Source: Minisyncoccota bacterium (lineage in GTDB: Bacteria; Patescibacteriota; Minisyncoccia; Phycocordibacterales; UBA5272). Taken from it: a stretch of 64,000 nucleotides of DNA. Under the pieces are notes generated by a model. It was not told where the DNA came from, ran no database searches, and saw only the letters and a program-made list of their open reading frames with translations. A program made the translations under genes and the position numbers. Location of the stretch: contig JAGORG010000002.1 of assembly GCA_018062965.1 (NCBI GenBank), forward strand, positions 1,860 through 65,859, read 5' to 3'. Shown here piece by piece: positions 49,167 through 57,375 of this stretch (position 1 is its first letter; each line of letters starts with the position of its first letter).

Positions 49167-49372
49167 TGGCGGTATTTGTTGGACAAAGTTCGAAAGTATT
49201 TTGCTGAAAATCCCGAAGAAGAAATCTGAATGGACTCGGCAGGGCGAAACAATTTGTCTGGGGGAAAGGATTCGCCCTGCCTCGGCTCTTTTCCCGCCCG
49301 CAGGAGGGGTCTGGGGAGGAATGCGGGCGGGTTTCGGACTGGGGGTTTTCGGATTTCAAAAATTCGCGGCTA
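49167..49372. repeat. IR-a' : 206 bp GC-rich repeat, inverted copy of 51355-51556 (about 99% identical)
   Basis: Direct comparison of the two stretches. Contains the hairpin cccgcccgca...tgcgggcggg. Ends at a TGGCGG junction. Confidence 0.9.
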
Positions 49373-49960
49373 GGACTTAATTATTATACAACGACCAGTA
49401 AATCCTTGCTCAAATTTTTGCAGAGACAAAAATTTGTACTGCCAGTTATATTCTGAACGGATAGATGTATGGTGAACATAAAAACCTTTCAATTTTCCAT
49501 TTTCTTCCTCAAAACCAACTATCAAAGCAAGGTGGCCACCGAATTTCTTCCAAAACAAAATTTTCTCTTTCAGCGTTTTATAATTCTCAAAAGCCCACTT
49601 GATTGAAATTAACGGGAGAAAATTTTGTTTTAGCGCTTCGCGCAATTCGGTGGCACTTACATTTTCACGATTGACGCCAGAAAAGCCAAACTCTTTCGCT
49701 AGCCGAGCAAGCCCGCCATGACTCCAACCAGTAGAATCCTTATATGCGCCAATCTCAACACCTTTTTTGATATATTGCGCAATTGACGGCGAAAGAGGTT
49801 TAGCTTTTGATTGCAAGAAGGCGTCAATCGCCATTTTGAGGCACAAAATTCCACATGAGGATTTTTCCCAATACTTTGCGTCCTCAAAACTTTCAAAACC
49901 TAAATTTTTCCATTGCGACAAATCCCATTTTTGCGAATAAAATGGCGCTTCCATTTTCAT
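49370..49960 (-). CDS. peptidase C39-like domain protein (paralog of 45936-46679)
   Basis: N-terminus FYSQKWD...SCGILCLKMAI and a downstream His in GGHLALIVGF. Confidence 0.55.
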   Translation of the reverse strand: MKMEAPFYSQKWDLSQWKNLGFESFEDAKYWEKSSCGILCLKMAIDAFLQSKAKPLSPSIAQYIKKGVEIGAYKDSTGWSHGGLARLAKEFGFSGVNRENVSATELREALKQNFLPLISIKWAFENYKTLKEKILFWKKFGGHLALIVGFEEENGKLKGFYVHHTSIRSEYNWQYKFLSLQKFEQGFTGRCIIIKS

Positions 49961-49965
49961 AAAAT

Positions 49966-51066
49966 TTATTCCGTGTCGTAGGAAGTTTTGAGCTTTTGTT
50001 CTTTCTCAAATCTTTCTAGTGCTAATTGAATCAAGCGATCTATAAGCTCGGTATAAGAAATTCCGGTTGCCTCCCATAATTTTGGATACATGCTAATCGA
50101 AGTAAATCCGGGGATAGTATTGATTTCATTGACCAAAATCTCCCCGTTTTCTTTAAGGAAGAAATCAACACGACCAAGTCCCTCACACGCAAGAGTTTTG
50201 AAAGTTTTAACTGCAAGTATTTGTACTTTCTTTACAATTTCTTCGGGCAACTTTGCGGGTATCTCAAGTGCCGCGCCATGCTCGTCTATGTATTTTGCTT
50301 CGTAAGAATAGAAATCGTGATTAGAAATGACTTCTCCAGGCACAGAAGCAATCGGATCGTCATTTCCGAGAACGGAACATTCAATTTCTCGTCCTTTAAT
50401 ATTTTCCTCGATGAGAATTTTCCTGTCGTACTTAAACGCCTCTCGGATTGCCTTATCAAAATCCTTTTCCTCGCTGACTTTACTCACCCCAACCGAAGAA
50501 CCCATATTTGCGGGCTTTACAAAAAATGGCAATCCTAAATTTTTGACGGCTTCCTCGTAAGTTGGAATATCTTTTTCTTTGCAAGTCAAAAATTTTCCTA
50601 TCGGTATTCCTGCATCTCTTAGCAATCTCTTCATTACATCTTTGTCCATTCCAACCGCCGAACCTAAAACGCTTGCTCCAACAAAAGGAATATTGGCGAG
50701 TTTTAGCAAACCTTGCATTGTTCCGTCCTCACCGAATGGTCCATGTAATATCGGAAAAACTACATCAATAGATTTGTCTGATTCGTGAGTATCAAGATTT
50801 GCTATTCTTCCGTCGCTTTCTGGAACAAGAGCAACACTCTGACTTGTTTCGTTATTGAGTTTAATCAATTTTGGATTTCCGCTATTTAGAAAAAATTTTG
50901 AACTGTCCGCCAAAAGCCATTTTCCCTTTTTATCCACGCCAATAAGAATTGGTTCGTATTTTTCTTTATCAATAGCGTCAATAACATTTTTGGCGGATTG
51001 CAAAGAAACCTCGTGCTCCGCTGATTTTCCGCCAAAAATTATTCCGACTTTAATTTTCTTTTTCAT
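49966..51066 (-). CDS. ddl: D-alanine--D-alanine ligase
   Basis: ATP-grasp fold. N-terminus GIIFGGKSAEHEVSL. Omega-loop SYEAKY retains the Tyr. Codon usage differs from the core genes. Confidence 0.85.
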   Translation of the reverse strand: MKKKIKVGIIFGGKSAEHEVSLQSAKNVIDAIDKEKYEPILIGVDKKGKWLLADSSKFFLNSGNPKLIKLNNETSQSVALVPESDGRIANLDTHESDKSIDVVFPILHGPFGEDGTMQGLLKLANIPFVGASVLGSAVGMDKDVMKRLLRDAGIPIGKFLTCKEKDIPTYEEAVKNLGLPFFVKPANMGSSVGVSKVSEEKDFDKAIREAFKYDRKILIEENIKGREIECSVLGNDDPIASVPGEVISNHDFYSYEAKYIDEHGAALEIPAKLPEEIVKKVQILAVKTFKTLACEGLGRVDFFLKENGEILVNEINTIPGFTSISMYPKLWEATGISYTELIDRLIQLALERFEKEQKLKTSYDTE

Positions 51067-51068
51067 AA

Positions 51069-51269
51069 TTATTTCTTGAGCAAGTCATCAACCGAAACTT
51101 CAAGGGCTTTCGCAATCCTTTGAATTGTTTCGATAGTAGGGTTGGGGCTTTCGTCCAACTCTATTTTTACAACAGTATTTAAAGATAAATCGGCAAGTTT
51201 TGAGAGTTTATCTTGCGAAAGCCCTTTCTCTTGCCGAAATCGTTTGATGTTCTTGCCTATTGCTGACAT
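51069..51269 (-). CDS. XRE-family helix-turn-helix transcriptional regulator (66 aa)
   Basis: HTH_3 pattern IKRFRQEKGLSQDKLSKLADLSLNTVVKIE. Confidence 0.75.
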   Translation of the reverse strand: MSAIGKNIKRFRQEKGLSQDKLSKLADLSLNTVVKIELDESPNPTIETIQRIAKALEVSVDDLLKK

Positions 51270-51354
51270 AGTAGATTATAATGTATGGAAAGTGATATAA
51301 TACTTGTATGACTTGCAAATCAATAATATCAGTTTTCCATTCTTTTTTCAAATG

Positions 51355-51556
51355 TAGCCGCGAATTTTTGAAATCCGAAAACCCCCAGCCCGAAACCCGC
51401 CCGCATTCCTCCCCAGACCCCTCCTGCGGGCGGGAAAAGAGCCGAGGCAGGGCGAATCCTTTCCCCCAGACAAATTGTTTCGCCCTGCCGAGTCCATTCA
51501 GATTTCTTCTTCGGGATTTTCAGCAAAATACTTTCGAACTTTGTCCAACAAATACC
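51355..51556. repeat. IR-a: inverted copy of 49167-49372
   Basis: Sequence comparison. One mismatch seen. Confidence 0.9.
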
Positions 51557-51674
51557 GCCAGAATTCGGAATTCAAATTTCCCGAAAAAATATGGTCGGCG
51601 CGAAGCGCCGTCTGTTCTGTATTCCCCCCACAAAATCCTGATTCTGAAAGGATTCGCCACGCTCCGCGTGGCTC
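51555..51674. repeat. IR-b: 120 bp inverted copy of the 3' end of the recombinase gene (53085-53204)
   Basis: Exact reverse complement. Encodes a pseudo C-terminus ...EPRGAWRILSESGFCGGNTEQTALRADHIF on the minus strand. Confidence 0.9.
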
Positions 51675-51701
51675 CTCGTTTGCCAATACAATTTCAATTT
51701 T

Positions 51702-53213
51702 ATGAATAATCACACCAGAAAGTTTTTCATATACACTCGCAAATCAACCGACACAGAAGATCGGCAAGTGAGAAGCATTTCAGATCAACTGGCCGAACTC
51801 AAAGAATTAGCGGTTAAAGAGCAAATTGAGGTCGTTGATATTTTTGTAGAAAAACAAACCGCTAAAAGTCCGGGTCGGCCAGTATTTAATGAAATGCTTC
51901 TCCGTATCGAGCAAGGCGAAGCAAACGGAATTTTAGCGTGGCACCCCGACCGATTAGCGAGAAATAGTGTTGATGGTGGCAAAATTATCTACTTGCTCGA
52001 TACCGAAAAACTTGCCGAACTGAAGTTCCCAACTTTCTGGTGTGATCCGACACCGCAAGGCAAGTTCATGCTTTCAATCGCTTTTTCGCAATCCAAGTAT
52101 TATGTTGATAATCTCTCGGAAAATATTAAGCGTGGTCATCGCAACAAAGTGAAAGACGGAATATGGCCTCAAATGTCTCCGCTCGGATATGTAAATGTGA
52201 AAGGTGCTGGAATAGTACCCGATGAGAATATTGCTCCGTTAATCAAGAAAACATTTGAGGCATACTCGTCTGGGTCTTTCACTTTGCGCCAACTCCGCGA
52301 CAAATTTAACGGACTTGGCTTGAAGCGAAAAAGCGGAAAGGAACTTGCGGTGTCGAACTATCAGCAAATCCTCAAAAATCCTATTTACACCGGTCTGATG
52401 AGGTATAACGGAGAGATTTTTGAGGGAAAGCACGAACCGATTATCACAAAGAAACTTTTTGATTCCGTTCAAGAAGTGATGATGAGAAAATCTAAGCCGA
52501 AAGGTAGAGGCTTGAAAGATTATCTATACAGGGGATTTTTCCGTTGCGGAGAATGCGGTTGTTTCATTACTACCGAAACACAGAAAGGCCATAACTATCT
52601 CCGCTGTACCAAACGGAAAAATCCTTGTGAGCAAAAATATGTCCGCGAGGAAATCATCACTTCTCAAATCAAAACGGAATTACAAAAAGTTTCTTTGCCA
52701 CTCGATTGGGCAAACTGGATGATTGTCGAAAACGAGAAAGATCGACAATCGGAAGTCCAATCGAGCGAGATTTTTTCTCAGAAGACAAAAGATGAAATTT
52801 CTCTTTTGGATTCCAAAATTGAGAAGCTGATGAACGCCTATTTGGAAAACGTTTTATCACTTGAGGAATATCGTGATTCTAAAAACAAGTTGGTTGCCTC
52901 AAAACAGCTTCTCAAAGAGAAATTCTCATTTTTTGAGAAAAAATCTCATAATCGGTTCGAACTTGCTGATAGATTCATAAAATCAAACGTAGAATTGGCA
53001 AACGAGGGAACAAATGAAGATTTTCTTCATTTGTTCAAAAAAGTCGGTTCGAACTTTTTAATTAAAGATCGAACCGTACTTTTTGAGCCACGCGGAGCGT
53101 GGCGAATCCTTTCAGAATCAGGATTTTGTGGGGGGAATACAGAACAGACGGCGCTTCGCGCCGACCATATTTTTTCGGGAAATTTGAATTCCGAATTCTG
53201 GCGGAGAATGTGA
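51702..53213 (+). CDS. large serine recombinase (resolvase N-domain, recombinase domain, zinc ribbon)
   Basis: N-terminus YTRKSTDTEDRQVRSISDQ with the catalytic Ser. RCGECGC...C...C zinc ribbon. About 503 aa. Confidence 0.85.
   Translation: MNNHTRKFFIYTRKSTDTEDRQVRSISDQLAELKELAVKEQIEVVDIFVEKQTAKSPGRPVFNEMLLRIEQGEANGILAWHPDRLARNSVDGGKIIYLLDTEKLAELKFPTFWCDPTPQGKFMLSIAFSQSKYYVDNLSENIKRGHRNKVKDGIWPQMSPLGYVNVKGAGIVPDENIAPLIKKTFEAYSSGSFTLRQLRDKFNGLGLKRKSGKELAVSNYQQILKNPIYTGLMRYNGEIFEGKHEPIITKKLFDSVQEVMMRKSKPKGRGLKDYLYRGFFRCGECGCFITTETQKGHNYLRCTKRKNPCEQKYVREEIITSQIKTELQKVSLPLDWANWMIVENEKDRQSEVQSSEIFSQKTKDEISLLDSKIEKLMNAYLENVLSLEEYRDSKNKLVASKQLLKEKFSFFEKKSHNRFELADRFIKSNVELANEGTNEDFLHLFKKVGSNFLIKDRTVLFEPRGAWRILSESGFCGGNTEQTALRADHIFSGNLNSEFWRRM
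53085..53204. repeat. IR-b': inverted partner of 51555-51674, inside the recombinase 3' coding end
   Basis: Ends with ...ctggcgg exactly at the tRNA 3' end. Confidence 0.9.
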
Positions 53214-53288
53214 GATTCGAACTCACGGAACCGGTAAAGGTTCGACGGTTTAGTAAACCGTTGGTTTAAACCACTCACCCAATTCTCC
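53202..53288 (-). tRNA. type II tRNA (long variable arm, G73, Ser-like) with an apparent ACT anticodon
   Basis: Acceptor GGAGAAT/ATTCTCC. T-arm GTGAGTTCGAATCTCAC. Anticodon stem ACGGT/ACCGT with loop TTACTAA. Needs a tRNAscan check. Confidence 0.6.
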
Positions 53289-53304
53289 ATATATTTTGGA
53301 AACG

Positions 53305-53452
53305 TGACTGCACGATGAGAATCGAACAACCTTCGCTACGCTATCGCTAAGCTACGGTTTCGGAACCACTCGGTTCCGATTCCTCCTCCACGGGGAAACT
53401 CCCGTTTCCCCGACCCCTTTCCCGTTCGAATCTCATCATCTCTTCCACCTGT
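53305..53452. repeat. about 95 bp structured core flanked by inverted tRNA 3'-end-like fragments
   Basis: Left arm GTTCGATTCTCATCG (minus sense). Right arm GTTCGAATCTCATCATCTCTTCCACC (plus sense). Internal hairpins tcggaacc..ggttccga and ggggaaa..tttcccc. Confidence 0.45.
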
Positions 53453-53493
53453 AAACAGAAAAGCCGGGGAGTGTCCCGAGCTTTTCTGTTTAT

Positions 53494-53581
53494 GCGGAGA
53501 CGATGAGATTCGAACTCATGAAGGGCGTAAACCCTTGCCTCGTTAGCAGTGAGGTGCCTTCGACCAGCTCAGCCACGTCTC
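53494..53581 (-). tRNA. tRNA-Ser (GCT)
   Basis: Anticodon loop CTGCTAA. Long variable arm AAGGG..CCCTT. T-arm CATGAGTTCGAATCTCATG. Discriminator G73. Confidence 0.8.
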
Positions 53582-53823
53582 CATTCTTCTATTACTTTTC
53601 TAAAACCGTTACCTCCTTTATACGACTTAAGAAATTTTTCTACTTTTCTTACTTCTTCGATTGAGGAAAACTCTTTTGAGCAAAGTAGACTCCATTCACC
53701 GCGAGAAGTAGTACGTCCACCTGTATGACTCTTATGTCTTTGTGTTCGCTTAGAAAGTTCAAGACACGAACCAGTGTAATGCTTACCTGTATTCTTGTCT
53801 TGAAGAACATAAACGAAAGCCAT
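53569..53823 (-). CDS. GIY-YIG nuclease domain protein (YhbQ/UPF0213-like)
   Basis: FVYVLQDKNTGKHYTGSCLELSKRTQRHKS...GEWSLL resembles the YhbQ family. The stop overlaps the tRNA-Ser 5' end. Confidence 0.6.
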   Translation of the reverse strand: MAFVYVLQDKNTGKHYTGSCLELSKRTQRHKSHTGGRTTSRGEWSLLCSKEFSSIEEVRKVEKFLKSYKGGNGFRKVIEEWRRG

Positions 53824-53839
53824 TTTTGTAGTATAAACC

Positions 53840-53906
53840 CTTGCCTCGTTAGCAGCTCGCCCCGCTAAGCGGGGTAAAGTGCCTTCGACCAGCTCAGCCA
53901 CGTCTC
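53840..53906 (-). pseudogene. partial duplicate of the tRNA-Ser(GCT) 5' half with a 23 nt hairpin insertion
   Basis: GGAGACGTGGCTGAGCTGGTCGAAGGCAC[TTTACCCCGCTTAGCGGGGCGAG]CTGCTAACGAGGCAAGGGTTTA, then diverges into the GIY-YIG gene. Confidence 0.6.
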
Positions 53907-54147
53907 CGTATTATTTTTGTCTAAAACACTTATTGTTGTGCACGCTTTGATATATATCTTATCAGGTCTTCGCTGTAAGCTCGCATCAAAAGTTTGCTAA
54001 CTTTTGATATCTTCGGAGCCAAGCTTCTCGAGCAACGTCTCCGTATTTTTATACAATTTACCTACACACTTCCTGCACGTTTTTATTCAATATTTTCCTA
54101 CTGAATGTGTTGTATCTTATCACAAAACACCCTTCTGTGCTACCGAA

Positions 54148-54447
54148 CTATTGCGCCAATTCTTCGCGAATCATACGCTCTAACTTTTCTAAATCAACTG
54201 TTTTTCCTTGCATTGCAAGCCTTCCATTTACCAAAAAGATTGGCGCATGCCATGCCCCCTTCCATATCACTCTCCACCAATTAGGTAGCCACTCTTGTAC
54301 TTCAAACGTCACATCCTGACCTGCGAACTTTTCTCGCACCAAGTCATTGATAACTAGCTGAGACAATTCACACTCACCACACACTGTCTTGATACGAAAT
54401 AGCCCCCATGATCCCGCCCAACGATACTGTGTGATAGTTACTTTCAT
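54148..54447 (-). CDS. thioredoxin-fold protein (glutaredoxin-like, CxxC)
   Basis: CGEC motif near the N-terminus. About 99 aa. Confidence 0.45.
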   Translation of the reverse strand: MKVTITQYRWAGSWGLFRIKTVCGECELSQLVINDLVREKFAGQDVTFEVQEWLPNWWRVIWKGAWHAPIFLVNGRLAMQGKTVDLEKLERMIREELAQ

Positions 54448-54452
54448 ATACG

Positions 54453-55136
54453 ATGTATACTACCATAATGCATAAGCGTCTCACTATAACTGTAGCCATT
54501 CTGTGGGGGATAGCGATTCTCTTCTTTTTCCGAGAACTTTATGTGTACGCATTTGTCGAAGCAATGGGTATACCAAAAGCACTCGAAATGTTTGGCACCG
54601 AACTGCAAAAAGCAATCATGGGATTTGGAGTATTCACCCCTCTTTTGTTTATCTTGCTCTACAGCATACGACCACTTGTTCTTTTCCCGGCTTCTATCAT
54701 GACAATTACATCAGTATTTTTATTTGGACCATACGGAGGATTCGCTATTAGTTATGTGGGAGAATTGTGCTCTGCGGTTGTTGCGTTCTTTGTTGGAAAA
54801 TACTTCGGCCAAGAGTTAGGGCTAACCAAGCGAGTTGCGTCTACAAAAATAGGATCATACTTTCAAGGGAATCCATTTACATCTGTGTTAGTTTTACGCC
54901 TTGTACCACTCTTTCCTTTTGACTTTGTGAATTATGCATCAGGTGTTGCAAAACTACCGACATCGGCATACCTGTACGGCACAGCACTCGGCGTTCTACC
55001 AGGACTTGCGATGTACATCTTTTTAGGATTCTCACTGATGCACACCGAATACCTGCTCCTCGCACTTTGTCTGTTTGGTGTTTTGATTGGGGTATCAAGG
55101 TACTTCAAACCACGCTTATCGCAAAGCAAACAATAA
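54453..55136 (+). CDS. DedA/TVP38 family membrane protein
   Basis: Conserved LRLVPLFPFDFVNYASG motif. Confidence 0.75.
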   Translation: MYTTIMHKRLTITVAILWGIAILFFFRELYVYAFVEAMGIPKALEMFGTELQKAIMGFGVFTPLLFILLYSIRPLVLFPASIMTITSVFLFGPYGGFAISYVGELCSAVVAFFVGKYFGQELGLTKRVASTKIGSYFQGNPFTSVLVLRLVPLFPFDFVNYASGVAKLPTSAYLYGTALGVLPGLAMYIFLGFSLMHTEYLLLALCLFGVLIGVSRYFKPRLSQSKQ

Positions 55137-55220
55137 CCACACACAGAGACATACTGTGTATAGAGGTCAGTATCAGAACATGTGAACTGATACACTAAAG
55201 GTAATCACATATACACCTTT

Positions 55221-56099
55221 ATGCGTCGACATCTACATCCATCTACACGTTTGATTCTAAGTGCGATACTTGTTATCGATATATTTGTATTCTTTGCATA
55301 CTACGCACTATCTCAACAACAAATAACTCATACGGAAAGAAAAACACATGAAACCTACACCAATGCAACATACGGCATAACATTCCAATACCCTGCTACC
55401 TATGTAGTAAGTGAAACAAAAATAACTGACTCAACGTTGGGCACAGGTCGTATGATCACCCTTTTAGAAAAAGGAGTACCTATTCCACAAGCAGGTGAAG
55501 GCCCGACAGCTATCACACTCGCTATCTACGAAAACAAACTCGCAGCACTAGCTGATGAGCACCCACTAGATACATGGGTACGAGCAACACCAGAATCAAA
55601 CTTCAAACTAGCAACTCAAGCAATACCAAACAAACTAACCATAGCTGGAAACGAAGCGCGAGCATACGCATGGGACGGACTCTATAAAGGGATTAGTTAT
55701 GTAACACATAACAACGACACCGTGCTCATGTTTTCGGTTACCTACAACGGCCAAGGCGACACACAGAAGCGCGAAGACATCCTTTCAATACTCAAAACAC
55801 TCAAACTCTCTCGAGGAACGGCGTCTGTGACTACATCATTTACTGGTACGTATGGATGCCTTCCACATAAAGACAAAGACGGGATACATACGATGGAATG
55901 CGCTTTTGGTATAGCAACAGATGACGGTGTACACTACGCGATAGATCTACAAGATGTTCCAGAATATATGAACACTGAGACAGGATCCCGTATACATGTA
56001 TCTGGAATATATGTTCCATTAGAAGCGATCAGTTCTACTCGTTGGTCTACCTATGACATCAAGGGTATTGTGCGTGTTACATCATTTAGAAAACTTTAA
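55221..56099 (+). CDS. hypothetical membrane-anchored extracytoplasmic protein (292 aa)
   Basis: N-terminal transmembrane helix. No recognisable domain. Confidence 0.5.
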   Translation: MRRHLHPSTRLILSAILVIDIFVFFAYYALSQQQITHTERKTHETYTNATYGITFQYPATYVVSETKITDSTLGTGRMITLLEKGVPIPQAGEGPTAITLAIYENKLAALADEHPLDTWVRATPESNFKLATQAIPNKLTIAGNEARAYAWDGLYKGISYVTHNNDTVLMFSVTYNGQGDTQKREDILSILKTLKLSRGTASVTTSFTGTYGCLPHKDKDGIHTMECAFGIATDDGVHYAIDLQDVPEYMNTETGSRIHVSGIYVPLEAISSTRWSTYDIKGIVRVTSFRKL

Positions 56100-56114
56100 T
56101 CTACGCTTACGTGT

Positions 56115-56441
56115 ATGCTACAAACTAATCTTAGAGAATTTGTTACGTTTATTCGTGAAAAAGGAGTGCTCGGACTTGCAGTAGGTATTATCATGGGTGG
56201 TGCCGTAACCAAGCTCGTAAACTCTATCGTTGAAAACCTTATCAACCCCCTCGTTGGTGCTATCACCGGTGCTGCAGGAAACTTGAGCGATTTGGCATAC
56301 ACCGTACCACTAACGGATATTACATTTAAATGGGGAGCGTTTCTCTCATCATGTATCGACTTTGTGGCGATATGCGCGGTGGTGTACTTTGTTTTTATGA
56401 AGACACCAATCCTTTCAAAACTAGATAAGAAAGCAGAGTAA
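56115..56441 (+). CDS. mscL: large-conductance mechanosensitive channel
   Basis: N-terminus EFVTFIREKGVLGLAVGIIMGGAV... matches MscL. Confidence 0.8.
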   Translation: MLQTNLREFVTFIREKGVLGLAVGIIMGGAVTKLVNSIVENLINPLVGAITGAAGNLSDLAYTVPLTDITFKWGAFLSSCIDFVAICAVVYFVFMKTPILSKLDKKAE

Positions 56442-56521
56442 CTAATCAAACAACAAAACACGCTACGAATCGTAGCGTGTTTTGTTGTTACTCTGGTATT
56501 GAGTACGAGACGAGTGATGAT

Positions 56522-57058
56522 TTAATTCATGTCAGTCTCGATTTTTTTCATAATAGCCAGAACTTCGTCTGGGTATGTAGGAAGTACAGTACCGTTGTAA
56601 TAGTAGAGCTTTTCCATTGTTGACTTACCAGCATAGTAGCGAGCAGTATTAGGATTAGCACCACCTAGATTTTTCCCGAGAGACTCGATAGCCTGTTCAT
56701 AACTTTTGAAGTTACTAAGCTTACATGATCCCCAACCAAATGGGTTAAATCCACATGCAGCCTTTCCACCTGATGACTCACGGATACCGATAGCTGGAAG
56801 AAGACGCCAATCGAGACCGTATTTTTCAGCAACAAGTACGAATGTCATACCTGTTCCATGAAGTGGCATTGAACGCTCACGGAAATACGTATCAATAGCA
56901 TCTGCTTTCTGCTGTCGTAGTTCGTCCACTGTTTCCACTACCGAGGTTACCGGTGCAGTATTAAGTGAACCAATATTGGCAATAAGGGCAGTACTTGGGA
57001 TGGCCATGAATGGCACAAACGCAAACATGCGGCTTATCGTAAGAATGTATTTTGTCAT
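56522..57058 (-). CDS. secreted hypothetical protein (178 aa)
   Basis: Signal-anchor N-terminus. No confident domain. Confidence 0.45.
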   Translation of the reverse strand: MTKYILTISRMFAFVPFMAIPSTALIANIGSLNTAPVTSVVETVDELRQQKADAIDTYFRERSMPLHGTGMTFVLVAEKYGLDWRLLPAIGIRESSGGKAACGFNPFGWGSCKLSNFKSYEQAIESLGKNLGGANPNTARYYAGKSTMEKLYYYNGTVLPTYPDEVLAIMKKIETDMN

Positions 57059-57240
57059 AAGGGTCCAGTTGAGCTCTGGAAACGTTCGAGGTCTGGGGAA
57101 ATAGTGAGTGAAAAATAAAACACCACGTAAATAATAACTGTTAAAGCGATATTTACTAGGTATTTGACTACTTCACTATTATGTTGTCATTGTAGCATAC
57201 TAGAGCACTCTTGTCAAGCATTTTGGGTAGAAAAAGGTAT

Positions 57241-57285
57241 GGATGAGCGCCAAAAAATCCTTTATTTAAAAGGCTTTTTTGGCGC
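57241..57285. terminator. hairpin gagcgccaaaaaa...ttttttggcgctc downstream of the MFS gene
   Basis: 13 bp perfect stem. Confidence 0.6.
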
Positions 57286-57375
57286 TCAGGGACAATTTTA
57301 GAAACAAGAGAAATATCTCTATAAACACCGAAACTATACATTTAAGGGTTGTTAACTATATACCGACTGCTTAAT

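Noticed and set aside
49126-49359. 77 aa ORF (and its mirror within 51308-51709) lying inside the 206 bp inverted repeats
   Set aside because: The sequence is dominated by a GC-rich hairpin and Pro/Ser/Arg-rich low-complexity translation. It is more likely structural or non-coding repeat DNA than a protein gene.
53296-53460. Possible tmRNA or permuted tmRNA between the two tRNAs
   Set aside because: It has tRNA-like T-arm pieces at both ends. But it is only about 150 nt, there is no acceptor pairing, there is no tag-peptide reading frame, and the ends are in inverted orientation. It fits a tRNA-fragment-flanked insertion better.
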